Origin: Camelus ferus
Taxonomy: Eukaryota
Assembly (NCBI RefSeq): GCF_009834535.1
Contig: NC_045697.1
Span: forward strand, 42,906,001 to 42,970,000
DNA length: 64,000 nt
Reading direction: 5' to 3'
The translations under genes and the position numbers were made by a program. A model generated the notes under the pieces. That model saw only the letters and a list, made by a program, of their open reading frames with translations, was not told the DNA's origin and made no database searches. This document shows positions 23,911 to 36,109 of this stretch, piece after piece. Positions within the stretch are counted from its first letter, which is position 1. Every line of letters begins with the position of its first letter.

Positions 23911-25409
23911 AGTATATCCCCAATTTGTTTCACAGTCTACTAGAGTTGTGATTGTATTGTGAAAAACTGGTTCTTCAGACAAAAATTGTGAGAAATGGTG
24001 TATATGTAATCCCTATCTGGAAATCCACAATGCACACCAGGCTTCACTAAGTTCTGCAGAAGAGAGCTTGTTTAACTTTATTTAAACCAGTGTTTTCCAA
24101 GCCTAGAAAACTTCTAACGTGGAATCCTCCACCCATACCAAATACGCACCACCGTATTCTGAGAGTGTCCTATAGAAGCCACTTTGCACAGCCTATGGTT
24201 AAATGTTGTTGAGTTGTATAGAGGGCCCTTCGAAGTTAGATGAGGCGGATTTATGATAGATTCTGTCAGTGTCATTTCCTTTTATTTCCTAGTAATGCTC
24301 TGCCATCCAGGAGTCAGAGATAGGAAACACTGGGGTGGCCTAGCATGAGCAAGACCTGAGGTGGGAGTGGTCGACTGGAAAATGATAGTGTCACTAACCC
24401 TTAGTGTCCATGGGATTGAAACTGAGTAGAAAGATGAAAGAAGCTAGACAGTAATGGGCACTAGGAAAACAGGGATACTGGTGGCTTTTATGAAGATGGA
24501 GAGCAAGTTTGGTAGAAAGGAGGGAGTGGGAAAGGTAGAAGGTGGGGACAGACAGGGAACCTTGAGAGTTTGAGGCAATAAAGTAGTGACACATTGATCC
24601 CATTCTTCAGATTCCACTGGGATTTGTAAAAGTGTGGAAGTTATTTGGAATACACGATCAAAAAGTCATTTCTACTGTCATTTTCAGAGAGATGACTAGA
24701 AGTTTACTGCAGAGACAGTAGATCAGGCAGTTTTCAATGTGTGTTCATTTTTGCCATATCTTCAGCAAAGGCCGAATGACATCTAGTCTGAGGAGGCTGA
24801 CAGCCAACCTTAAATTATTTTGCAATGTAGGATCTGTGTATCTATAGACTGAAGACAATTGCTCATTACTTATATTGATTTATATCAGGCAGTGCAGTGA
24901 ACATACAATTAATAGTTGACTTCATTGGCAGCCAGCTGTTAGTGCCATAATTTACTATGAGAATGGTTTGGTCCGGGATGAAAAAGAATTATACTGGAAA
25001 CTGTATTTTTTAGCATTTTAAAGGTCAAACTCAACTCTTATTAATTTAGTCAGAGGTTTAGGTTGATTAAAAAAAAAAGATTTTTGCTGATACAGGATCT
25101 CTCCCATGCTAATGTGAGGCTAAGCTTAGGAAAAATCTCTTTTATTCTTTGATTTAAAGTTGCCTTTGAATTTAATGGCTAGTGATTTGGACTGAGTGCA
25201 AAATAGCTGAAGATACTCCTGGAGAAGCTTTCAAAGTCTCAGAGGGTCCGAAGTCAGAGGACAGTAGTTATTTGGCAGCAATGAATATTTTTGCTTCTTG
25301 GAAGAAATGCTTCAAGTTACCTCAAAGAGATGATCATAGCACAGGTGTGGCTTAAGTTAAAAATCACAAGCAGTGATTTTCTGTGACCATCTTAATATTT
25401 TAAAAAAAT

Positions 25410-25610
25410 GGTATTTGCCTATTATGTGCCAAGTTGCCATGCCAAGTGCTCTACCTGCAGATCCCTTTCAGTTCCCAAAATGATTTTGTGACATGTTCTC
25501 ATGACCACCTCTCTTTCAGATGGGAAGAAACTGAATGAATGGAAGAGCGTGAATCCTAATCCAGGCAGCCTCGCTCTAGAGTCTGTGCTCTCAGGTCTAC
25601 ACTAGGCTGA
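25410..25610 (-). mobile_element. MIR SINE
   Basis: gcctattatgtgccaag..ctttcagatgggaagaaactga..aatccaggcagcct. Confidence 0.6.
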
Positions 25611-25719
25611 CCTTCTAAATGCAGAAGGAAGTGCGAGGAAGTAGCATTTGGGTGTTTACCAGGTATGGTCTCTCTCTCCCCTTTAGGAGTCTCAGATCAA
25701 AGCATAGCTCAGAGAATAA

Positions 25720-25920
25720 AATCTCTGGAGGCAGAGATTCCTGGGTTCAAATTCTAGCTTCCCATTTCCTGGCTATTACTGTTTCCCCAGTTGTGAAATA
25801 GATATTATACAAATAATATCAGTTTTGGGTTTTTCTTTTTTAAGATTAAGTGAGGTAATGCATGGGAAGTGCTTAGCAGTATTTCTAGCACATAGTAAAT
25901 TCTTAATAGATTTAGCCCGT
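25720..25920 (+). mobile_element. MIR SINE
   Basis: cctgggttcaaattctagct..gattaagtgaggtaatgcatgggaagtgcttagcag..gcacatagtaa. Confidence 0.75.
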
Positions 25921-26109
25921 GATTTATTATTGATTTTGATGAATGCACACCAATGACAAACATAAGAAAGAATGCCAGAGATAGTCCCACAGTAGGTTCT
26001 TTCAAAGCTAGCATTGGACAGGACATTTAATGAAAGCTCACTCATTATACGATTTGGGGGGTTTATTATTTTATAAAAGTGCTATATGGCCCCTGCTGGG
26101 AGGATTTGA

Positions 26110-27090
26110 ACATCTAAATGATATAATGGCCTTTTATCCACTGAGTAATACAGGAAGTCATAAAACTTCACTGATAGAAATAAATGGGGAAAAAGGAAAA
26201 GCTTCATCAGAGTAGAAAGCTAACTGATACGTGTAGAAGGAATGAGGGAGTTAGAGAATGACCACTTGGCAAATGTCGTGGCGATACTGATCCCTGCAAG
26301 AATCATCAATAAATGTTAAAACTAGTTGGTAAAAATTTGATGAAGAACAGGATTTTTATGTAGTCCCATAGTATCTTTCTGCAAAACATTTATTAATTAC
26401 AAAGGGAAAATAGGAACTTTATAGTGGAGCAACCAAGTGATGAAAGTTAATATCACAGCAATGGTGCAGACCAATATATTCTTCTTAATCTGACGCTCTG
26501 AAATGGACATAACACCACCAATGCTTTAATACCGCCAGAAATTGTGTAACCTTAGTCTAATCGTGAGGAATTCTCAGATAAAACCGAATTGAAGGGCTTC
26601 TTCAAAATAACTTGGCCAGTTTAAAAAAAGGATGGTCAAGGTAATGAAAGAGAAACGTAGACTGAGGAACCATTCCAGATATTAATGAGACTAAAGAGAC
26701 ATGGCAACTAAGTGCCACGTGTGATACCTGATCAGAGATTTTTTTTCCCCTATAAAGAACATTACAGGGATGACTTTTGCAGATTAAATAATAGCATTAA
26801 GTCAGTGTTACTCTCTGGATTTTGATCATTGATTATGGTAGAAAATGTCTTTGTTCTCAGGAAGTACATACCAATGTGTTTATTGGTGAAAAGGGATCAT
26901 GTCTGCAATTTACTCGCAGATGCTTCAGAAAAAATACGCCCCTCCCACGTCCATACACAAAATGGCAAAACAAATGTGGTGACATGCTGACAGTTGGTGA
27001 ATATGGGTGAAGGGTGTATGGAATTTCTTTGTACTGTTCCTAAACTTCAAATTATTTCAAGCTTATCAGTAAATTTGAAATTATTTCAGA
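26110..27090 (+). mobile_element. Ancient L1 3' UTR (L1MC4-like)
   Basis: attaattacaaagggaaaataggaactttatagtggag; agactgaggaaccattccagat..gagactaaagagacatggcaactaa; gggtgaagggtgtatggaatttctttgtact. Confidence 0.75.
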
Positions 27091-27149
27091 ATATAAGCAC
27101 AGAGATGCTGAAGTAGAATTGAACTTCAAGATGTGGGCTGTACTCACAT

Positions 27150-27355
27150 CTCCAGCCACTCCCCTTCTTCCCTTCTCTCATCTCTAACTGGAATTGGGTG
27201 CATCTCCTATGGTTTCTGCTGTGTGCATGAACTTCTTTCATTGCATTTATCACCCTGTAATCACTTACTTGGCACTTCACTATTATATCTTAGCCCAGTG
27301 CTTGGCACATAATAAAATACCCAATGACTGTTGTTTCTTGAATGAATGGATGAAA
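27150..27355 (+). mobile_element. L2 3' end
   Basis: cagtgcttggcacataataaa..ttgaatgaatggatgaa. Confidence 0.65.
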
Positions 27356-27959
27356 TTAAAAGGCCCTTTCTAATAGGAGTTATAGGTTTCCTTCCTTAAA
27401 CTGAGATATTTATGCTTCAGGAAGGAAAATACGCTTATTCAAATTTGACAAAAATATAATGCAGTTCATTCAAAGAATTAAGTTTCACAACCTAGGAACC
27501 TCATTTATCTTTCTTAAAAGTATTTTGGGAAGATTCAAGGGGAGTCATTTTCAGAATAATTTTGATCTTAGGATAAGGCCTCTCTGTAGAAACAGCTTCT
27601 TTATGATAAAGATCATGGACTTCTAAATCAAGGCAGCTGCTCTCAGAAAAACCTTTGACCTCAAGATGTTTTGAGACACTTCAAGTCTTTGTTTGCATCA
27701 CATCTGCTAACATTGCATTGGCCAAAAGTCACATGATCAGGTCTGCATTTTCGAAGGGTCACTTTTGCTGCTGCATGGCAAATGGATTACAGGCATGCAA
27801 GACTGGAAGTAGGGAGATTGCAGTCCACAGAGAAGGTACTGACGGCCTGAATGTGGATAATGGCCGTGGGCTTACAGAGAAGTTGATGCACCCTAGAAAT
27901 ATTTTGAAGTGGAGTAAGTGACACAATGGTTTAATAACTGGTTACTGATTGGAAGATGG

Positions 27960-29063
27960 CAGTGGTGTCCTGATAAATGTTTAACAAATGACTCTCCAGG
28001 AGAAAAAAAAGCCTCAGTTTTATCATTTGCCAATTTCAATGGTGCAAGTATTCCCATCATGGCCAGTTTCTTTCTTTTTTTTTTTTGATTCTCAACTTTA
28101 ATTTTTTTCCAGATTTATTGAAATATAATTGACATATTATTTAAGTTTAAGGCATACAATGTATTGATTTGATCCATTTATATGTTGCAAAATGATGACC
28201 AGCATGGCCTTAGCTAACACTTGCACTTAGTCACATGGTTACCATTTCTTTTTTGTAGTGAGAACATTTAAGATCTACTCTTTAGCAATTTTCAAGCATA
28301 TAATACATATTATTACCATAATCCCCATGCTGTTCATTAGATCCCCAGAACTTGTTAATTTTATAAATGGAAGTTTGTGCCCTTTGTCCAGTATCTCCCT
28401 CCACCCTCCTGCTCCTGGTAACCACGAGTATACTCTCTTCCTCTTTTTTAGTTTGGCTCTTTTAGATTCCACATATTAGTGATACAGTACAATACAATAT
28501 TTGCCTTTCTCTGTCTGACTTATTTCACTTAGCATAATGCCTTCAGGGTTCATCCAAATTGCCAAAAATGGCAGGATTTCTTTCTTTCTCATGGTTGAAT
28601 AATATTCCATTGTATATGTACACCACATCTTTATTTATTCATCTGTTTATGGACATTTAGGTTCTTCCCATATTTTGGCTACTATAAATAATACTACAGT
28701 GATCAGGGGGTGCAGATATCTCTTTGAGACTCTTTTCTCATTTCCTTTGGATGTATACCCAGAAGTGGGATATATACGCAGAAGTGGGATTGCTGGATCA
28801 TGTGGTATTCTGTTTTTAATTCTTTGAAGAACATCCATACTGTTTTTCTTAGGGGCTTTACTAATTTACACTCCCACTAATAGTGCACAAGGGTCCTCTT
28901 TTCTCCACATCCTTGCCAACACTTGTTATCTCTTGTCTTTTTGATGCCAGTCACCAGGGCCACTTTCAAGTTACCAATATGACATTGCAGAATGAGGAGT
29001 TGGAGTGAGATTTGCACAAGTGCTTTTTGCAAGTTGATGGGAACTGGCTTCAGCTCATCACAG
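27960..29063 (-). mobile_element. MER63A-like hAT DNA transposon split by an L1
   Basis: cagtggtgtcctgataaatgtttaacaa..tttgccaatttcaatggtg..catggcc on the left; ttcaagttaccaa..ggagttggagtgagatttgcacaa..ctggcttcagctcatcacag on the right. Confidence 0.75.
28071..28951 (-). mobile_element. 5'-truncated L1 (L1MA-like)
   Basis: Poly-T, L1 3' UTR and ORF2 remnant IPHDPAIPLL. Degenerate 16-bp TSD catcatggccagtttc / caccagggccactttc (13/16). Confidence 0.9.
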
Positions 29064-30793
29064 GAATGGAGGAATCTATCGTGGCATTTAGGTTTCTAGT
29101 TTGAACAAATGAGTGGATGTAAAGCCATTCGCTGACAGGGTGACACTTTTTTGAGAAGCAAATTTGAAAGGGACAATGATATATTGTCCCCTTATGCAGG
29201 ATTCTTGGATACAATGTTTAGGACATATTGTATCCAAGTTATAATGATCTATGGGAATTGGTTAAATGGATCTTGAGCTTAGGAAAAAGTTCCAGGACAG
29301 AGCTTAGAGTCATTGGAGTATTGGTGGTGTTTGAAGCCATGAAACTGGATGAGACTTTCTGGACAGCAAGACTGAGTGTGTAAGGAGAATAAATTTGGGG
29401 ATTTCTTTGTCTGAATGAGTTGCCAACTAGATGCATTCTGTCCTTTCTTTCTGCCATTTTATCCCTTGAGGATTATTTACAAGAGAAACAGGTTGTGGGG
29501 CTACAGGTCCAGCCTTCCAAACTAGGGCTGTGTGTCTGCTCTGATTTTGGTTTTAGGAAAAGTATTATTTACTGTGAAAAGTGTATGGGATTCTGGAATG
29601 CTATTCTATTTCTTGTTTTCAGATTGAAGGGTGTCAAGATCAGGTAAGAAAAGACCAGAGCTTTTAAAATTTTACTACATTTTAGAAGAGGCAAGCTGTT
29701 TTTATTGAGTAGGTGGAAAAAATTACACAAGAAAATGGAACGATCCGCACCGTGGTATAAAAATCACTGTCACCAAGAACATAATGACAGCCTGGCTCAG
29801 CAAGAACATCCTGGGCCAATACAAATACCATCATTACCTTGCCTTTTTTCCCAACTGTAGGAGGAATTGAGGCAAGAAGTTCATATTCTGCAAAAAGGAA
29901 AATTCTGTTTTTACTCATCCAGAAATAGTTATGATGCTAGACACAATTAAGGTGTTTTAACTTCCATCAGTTAAAAATTCCAAATCCTGTTCCTTGCTCC
30001 ACATCGACTTGCTTCCCATTACAGTGCCCTTCAGACATTTTTGGTAAGGGGCGGTTGATCTGGGGAATCATTTAGAGTTTAGTGCAATACATGCTGAGGT
30101 TCAGAGTAGCTTCCATATAGTCATTACTCCCAGCAGCCCCGGGACAGGAGAGCCTTCCAGGGCTACTCTTGTAGCCTGGTGCGTGGATATCCTGTGTGCA
30201 AGGCCAGAGATCATACCTCAGCGTGAACATGTCCCAGAGCCCCTGACTCTGGAAGTATGTGAGTAGTGGAGGAGAAAGAAGGATTAAAATATGCAGAGCT
30301 GGAGGCAAGTCTATAGAAAATCCTTCCAATTGTCAATCATGTAAAAATTCTAAGTGGCAAATTTGGTTCTCATCAAAGTGGAAGTTCTCTTTTGTCAGAA
30401 ATACATTCAATAAAACAGTGTTTACAGTGATAAACCCACCATGTTATATATTTTGTCCTTTTTGATGTGAATTGTGAAAAATCGTATTTCTCAGAATTCA
30501 TGTGTTACTCAGACATAAAGTGTAGCAGAACTGCAAATAGCAGGTACCACTCAGAGAAGTAGCCTGTTTTATGCACCTCCATTGATTGGGTCATGTCTTA
30601 GCATGTGTCACATATCTTGTTCTGACAGTCTGTTGATTCCAGGTTAAATGGTACACAAAATTGCCACCAGTGCAATAGCTTGTTACTTTCAAAATATTGT
30701 CTCAGAAGAAAATATGTAGTTTTTAAAAATAGAGGTCCAGCAGATTTTACTAGTGTGATTCCTAGATCTTTTATACACTGGGTACCGTGTATG

Positions 30794-31194
30794 TGTTGGT
30801 TTGTAAACTGGCCCCAGTACACAGAAGGCAAGGAGAGACCGAAGAAAGAGGCAGCCACTCCAGATTGGAAGGTGGCAGGTTCAACAAACAAGGGAGCTTA
30901 CACAGGAGGCTTGTCTTGGGTGGCCCCAAGTCAAGTAAATCACCACACCTGCCCAATGGAATCTTAAAAGTTTATATAGAGACCTTAAACGGTTTCCATC
31001 GTCACATATACCATCCAGATGATCTCAACACCACAGTGCTGTCTCAAGGCTGTGTCCTTGAAAATGGCTTGCACTGTGGGAACGGTGGGCAGAACTACGT
31101 TCCAAGGATGGGGAGGGGGCTAGGAGCCTGGGACTGCCTGGTCCAGCTTGTAGGTCAATGGGAGGTCCCGTCCTCTGGATAACCTCCATCAACA
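30794..31194 (-). mobile_element. Solo LTR, 401 bp (ERVL-class by 5-bp TSD)
   Basis: TGTTG...CAACA perfect terminal inverted repeat; TSD GTATG at 30789-30793 and 31195-31199; minus-strand TATATAAA at ~30970-30978. Confidence 0.88.
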
Positions 31195-31199
31195 GTATG

Positions 31200-31430
31200 T
31201 TAACTTTTCCCCATTGTATTTACTGGCTGTTTATCGGTAGTACATAGGCTATACTTATTTAAAAAAAAGTCTAACTACTTTACCGAACTCTCATACTGAT
31301 GTATCATTTTTTTCGGTTGGTTTTCTTAGGTTTTGTAAGTATTCACACTACTGTTACTTGTAGGTAGCAATAATTTTGCTTCCCACCCCTGACTTTCCAA
31401 TAGTTATAGTACTTATTTCTCTTTCAGACA
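31200..31430 (-). mobile_element. Very old L1 (L1ME-like) fragment, probable host of the LTR
   Basis: T-rich ORF2-like antisense sequence (taattttgcttccc..tttccaatagttatagtacttatttctc). Confidence 0.45.
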
Positions 31431-31739
31431 CAACTCAATTATTTGTGGTGACAAGGGATAGAATTTTTATGGCTAAAAGAAATAGATAATTAAAATCTAA
31501 AACTCATTTTGCCCTAATATTTAAAGCTCTTCTACCAAAATCTTTTGTAATAAATAAACAAGCAATTAATTTTGTCTGTGTTTCACCCCAATTCTTTTTC
31601 TCAGCCTAGGATAGGACTTTTCTTTAGAGTTTTGAGCAGAAGAGGTAGAGAGTTGTGATCAAATTCATTTGGAGAGAAACAGAATTGGCTGTGCAGTGAC
31701 ACCGTTTTTACCTTTCCCGTAGCCCATGAATGTTCCTTG

Positions 31740-31880
31740 CTGTATTGGAGTTATTTGTGAGTATGTCTTCCCTTTCTTGCTGGACTGTAAGATTTCTAAA
31801 GGTTGGATTTATATCAGGTGCATCTTGTATTTCCTGCTATGTCTAGTACAGTGTTCTCCGCAAATCGTGGGTTTACTGAA
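31740..31880 (+). mobile_element. L2 3' fragment
   Basis: ctggactgtaagatttctaaagg..catcttgtatttcc..tctagtacagtg. Confidence 0.55.
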
Positions 31881-32981
31881 GGGGCTTTGTTTTCTTCCAG
31901 CTACTGCCATTCATCCAGTTTTTCCTTCCCTGCCCCTTGACATTTTGGATAGGTCTCATAGCTTTTTTGTTTTTTTAATTATAAGAACACTAATTTTTAG
32001 TAATCTGGATATTTTTCAGCTATTAAAAAGTCCGGTCTGGTATATTCAAAAACTTGTATTTCACATCCAGTCCCAGGCTTGCCTGCTTCTCCTAGCTCAG
32101 GTCTGGCTTGTGGCACAGGAGCCTGAGTGAGGAAGGGGGACTGGCGTATGACTTCACTTTTCCTCCTGGCTCTCTCACACCTCTGTCTCTAATCCCGATG
32201 CTTCTGCTACTTTCAGGGTTGGATAGGGGAGGAGGGAAGAAAGATAAAGGGAGCAGAGGTGTGGGTGAGGGTCTGGTGGTATGATTCTGCCATGGTGCTC
32301 TGGAGTGCCAGGCATCCACTTGCTGGGGCTCTCAAAGGGGGCATTTACGGGCTCTTTAGAACCCTTCTGTGGGGATCTGCCCATTTCCTTGATGGGAACC
32401 ATGTACTTTCAGGCATATCTCTGGTGACTTTCCTTTCACTTCCTGCTCTTAAATTCAGCTCCTGCAGCAGACATTTACTTCTGAGATCTGCTCACTCCAG
32501 GAGGCCATGCTTGAACCCAGTTTCATTCAACAGCATCCACCTGGCTTATGTAAAACCCTAGGAGGGTAGTTTGCCCAATTGCTGCTTTTTCCCCTTTCCT
32601 TGCCATAGTTGGCATACGTAGACTGCTTTCTGTCTTCCAAATTCACCAAGTAAGAAGCAGATACCAGTCTCTAAATTCATGATTCCTTAAGAATTCCTCA
32701 GGCTCTAGGAGACATGCTGATTTCTCCTGGGCCTTCTCTTGGTCCTGTGGCAACCCTGGGGTTAAAAATTTTGTAGCCTGGTAAACATCTCTTGGGGGAA
32801 TTGAGAGTAGGTTCTAGTGATAGGGTTTGATAGCTCTGGTTGCTAGGCGTTTAGCAAGACTGGCCTTGAGGTGATTATTTCCTCTTTTTAGATTGTGAGG
32901 GTACTTATTGCCTATTTTTTTAGCTTTGGGGTTTCAGCTAAGATTTCATGACTGCAGAGATTAACTTATTTAATGTTCTCT

Positions 32982-33324
32982 CTTTTTTTGATTTGTAAAA
33001 CTTATGGTTCATTTCTTTTTTTTTAAATTAAAGCACAGTTGGTTTACAATTTTGTGTTAATTTCTGGTGTATAAGCATAGTGATTCAGTTATATATATGC
33101 ATATATATTGTATATATATGTTCCTTTTCATATTCTTTTTCATTATTGGCTATTACAAGATACTGACTATAGATCCCTGTGCTATACGATAGGACCTTGT
33201 TGTTTATCTGTTTTATATATAGTAGTTAGTATTTGTAAATCCCAAACTCCTAATTTATCCCTCCACCCTCTTCGTTTCCCCCAGTAACCATAAGTTTTTC
33301 TATGTCTGTGAGTTTGTTTCTGTT
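32982..33324 (-). mobile_element. 5'-truncated L1 3' end with probable short 3' transduction
   Basis: L1 3' UTR at 33025-33324; two T tracts separated by 26 unique bp; perfect 13-bp TSD TTTAATGTTCTCT at 32969-32981 and 33325-33337. Confidence 0.88.
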
Positions 33325-33532
33325 TTTAATGTTCTCTAATATACAGTATCCACCAATCAATATTTGTCATTTAATTATTGACTGTGAGTCTGTTTATAGA
33401 CAAATTATCTAAATTAAAACTAAAGTTACGCTTTCTTTGAGTGATATGTCTAGAGACTTGTGCATTCCTCATTTTTATTAGAACAGAAAATCTTAAGTGA
33501 TTCCTTAAGGGATTTCAGTTCTGTCCTAAGAA

Positions 33533-33868
33533 TATTAAAAGGTAAACTGAGGCATATTAACATTTTTTTTTTTTCAAGAGTTAATTTGAACATACATTGA
33601 TGCGGAGTTTCAGTGCCAAACCAAAGGTGAGTTAGAAGCTCACCACTGATAGGAGCTGGGGAAGCGAAGCAAGAAAATTATTTGATTGTCTGTAGATTGT
33701 TGCTTTATTTGGGAAAGCCTAGTTGGCTGTTTGTCATTGGTTGCTCTGAAGTTTCATTTTCTCAAATTCAAATGCGTTGATGCAGCTTAGGTTTTGGTCT
33801 GCTCACGCAGACCACTAGGCACTACAGCCACTCCAGGCCAGTGGCCTCCTTGTTTCATTACTTTTACA
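33533..33868. mobile_element. Solo LTR, ERV1-class (4-bp TSD)
   Basis: Starts TATTAAAAGGTAAACTGAGGCA (TG decayed to TA) and ends TTTTACA. TSD AGAA at 33529-33532 and 33869-33872. Confidence 0.75.
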
Positions 33869-35117
33869 AGAAACTCTGTACATGTGAAAACAAGCATAGA
33901 ACAAAGCTCCACCTAGAGTCTCACGGTCTGCATATACTAAGTGAGTTGCTACTACCTTACTGCCTCAACAAAGTTTGATTCAAGTGCTTACTTTAGCAAA
34001 ATTTAAAATTATTACACACCTTAGACTTGTGACAGTTCTAAAAAACAGTTAAAATCACAAATATCAAATTCACTAATGCTAAAGTAAATTTTATTTGGTA
34101 AGTCTTTTTACTAACCTTGTATTATAAAAACATAAAAACTGTTTGATCTGAATTTGTAATTCCTCTACAAGACAGTGTAGTGCACCATTCATCACAATAT
34201 AATTTGCAGTGTTTAGAATAAAATGTATCTGCTATAATTAAAATAAACTGCTCCTCAAACAATCCTATATTCTATCTTAATATGAATAGCCAATTGGTCA
34301 AAAGTTAATATGTAAGGAAATGCATATGATTTTGAAAGGTTGTTAGCAATGAATCCAAGGAAATGTTAGACAGAATAATCTTGTGAAGGAAACATTTAGA
34401 TTTAGCTTTTTAACATTCATCAAATCATATTAAATTGTCTATTAAGTTGTCATGGGCTCTGTGGATTTTCCTGCCCCTTGGGACCTTCAGGCCATATACT
34501 ATATGTATTTTTGTGTCTAAAACTGTTGCTTTTTAAAGTAGCTCAAAATTCAGTCATTTTCTCCATGGGAACTTTACCTATGGATAACTCCGAATAGTCA
34601 TTAAGACAAGAAAACTTCCAAATACACTAGAAAAGAAGGATCTTATGAATCAGATCCAATCCTTAAGGAAGGTTTCACTTTCCAGGCCAATTATTCAACA
34701 AATTCAACAAGTAGTATGTTTGGTGAGTGCCTATAAATGTTAGTGTTTTTATCAATTCCTAGGACAAAGCATGGATATAATCTTGACTCACTGCTGGGAT
34801 TATCATATTTTATAGTTTGGAAGGAGGCCTTTTTTAGCCTTACGTGTTGATTTTCCAAAATTATCCACCTATCACTCAGTGTTTCCATTGGCCTGACTGA
34901 TATTCCCAGTTTTTCTTGCAAAAATAGAGAACCACCATTGCATCCTTAGTCGTTCTCTCACTTCCTTTTTAATATCACTTTCTTAGACTCTCAATTTTAT
35001 TGCCTTTCAATTATTGCTAAATGAACAACTAGTGAAAACAGCAAAGTTAAGACTTTACTTTTGATCCTGATGACCGTGTACTCTAACCACTAGGAGGAGC
35101 TCCACATTCCCATCAAT

Positions 35118-35165
35118 TACACACACACACACATATACACACAGATGCACACACACACACACACA
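35118..35165 (+). repeat. Interrupted (CA)n microsatellite
   Basis: Read directly. Confidence 0.9.
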
Positions 35166-35925
35166 TCAAAAGAAACACAGTTAAATGGAATTTTTAGTAG
35201 AAAAGAAGAAAGTACTGCAAAGAAAATTACATGCAGGCTGTGCACTCTCCTTGGACCTTTCTTTGAAGTTCTCTTTTCTCTTGGCCCCATGAAACTTGTG
35301 GGTTAAGATGGAGCTTCTAGGTATCTTCCACTTAGGGGATGCCTCCACTCTTGGAAGGCTAAGCTGGGCCAGGCTGGGGCTCAAGGAGAAGGAAACGTTG
35401 AGAAGAAGCTTAGGAGGATTCCACACTAGGCCTTTGGAAGAAGGGGTGGTGCTGTATTGTTTACCTACCTTCTCATAATGTTACGTCTGGGTGGCCAAGA
35501 TCAGCTATGGGGTATGGGTGAAACTGGGCAAGAGGATGGCTCTTTGTTCTGTTTCTAGTTAAGTCTTAAGCTAAAATAGCAGAATGAATCCACAGGGTCC
35601 TACATGGTCTAGCCCAGTTCATCATAGTAAGAGCACAGAAGGCTTTGGTCCAAGGGTCTAGCTATTAATAAATATTATGCATGTACTTAGATCATCCTTT
35701 GTTCTTTACACGTCTTCTCAGTTTACTGCAGTGGGAAATAACTGTTAAGTCCTGGAGGGTTCTAGACTATTAATTAGGAGACCCAGATAACAGACCTCCT
35801 TTACATTTGATTGAGTGATGATGTTCAGTCATATAGGTGTCTATGCATAGTTGGTCTAGTTTGTGTTGGCAATATGATGTCAGGACTTAAAATGGATTAA
35901 AAAGCTCATAATAAACAATAATATT

Positions 35926-36072
35926 GGGGAGGGTATAGCTCAGTGGTAGAATGCTTGCTTAGCATGCACAAGGTCCTGGGTTCAATCCCCAGTACCTCCA
36001 TTAAATAAATAAATAAATGAACATAATTACCTGCCCCTACTAAAAAAAGAACATTAAAAAGAAGTTTAAAAA
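35926..36072 (+). mobile_element. tRNA-Ala-derived camelid SINE (Vic-1-like)
   Basis: GGGGAGGGTATAGCTCAGTGGTAGA..TTAGCATGCACAAGGTCCTGGGTTCAATCCCCAGTACCTCCA, then a (TAAA)n-ataattacctgcccc-A-rich tail. Confidence 0.92.
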
Positions 36073-36109
36073 ATGCCCAACAAACATGTAACTATTAAAC
36101 CCTGGATCT

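Larger units (their letters stand above)
27735..29390 (-). mobile_element. L2 fragment (27735-27955 and 29065-29390) split by MER63A and L1
   Basis: Left part gatcaggtctgcattttcgaagggtcac..agaaatattttgaag; right part aggtttctagtttgaacaaatgagtggatg..tttgaagccatgaaactggatgaga. Confidence 0.7.

Noticed and set aside
35926..36000. tRNA-Ala-like gene (also 22018-22092)
   Set aside because: Both carry the SINE-specific (TAAA)n-taattacc tail, and one has a TSD. They are SINE copies, not tRNA genes.
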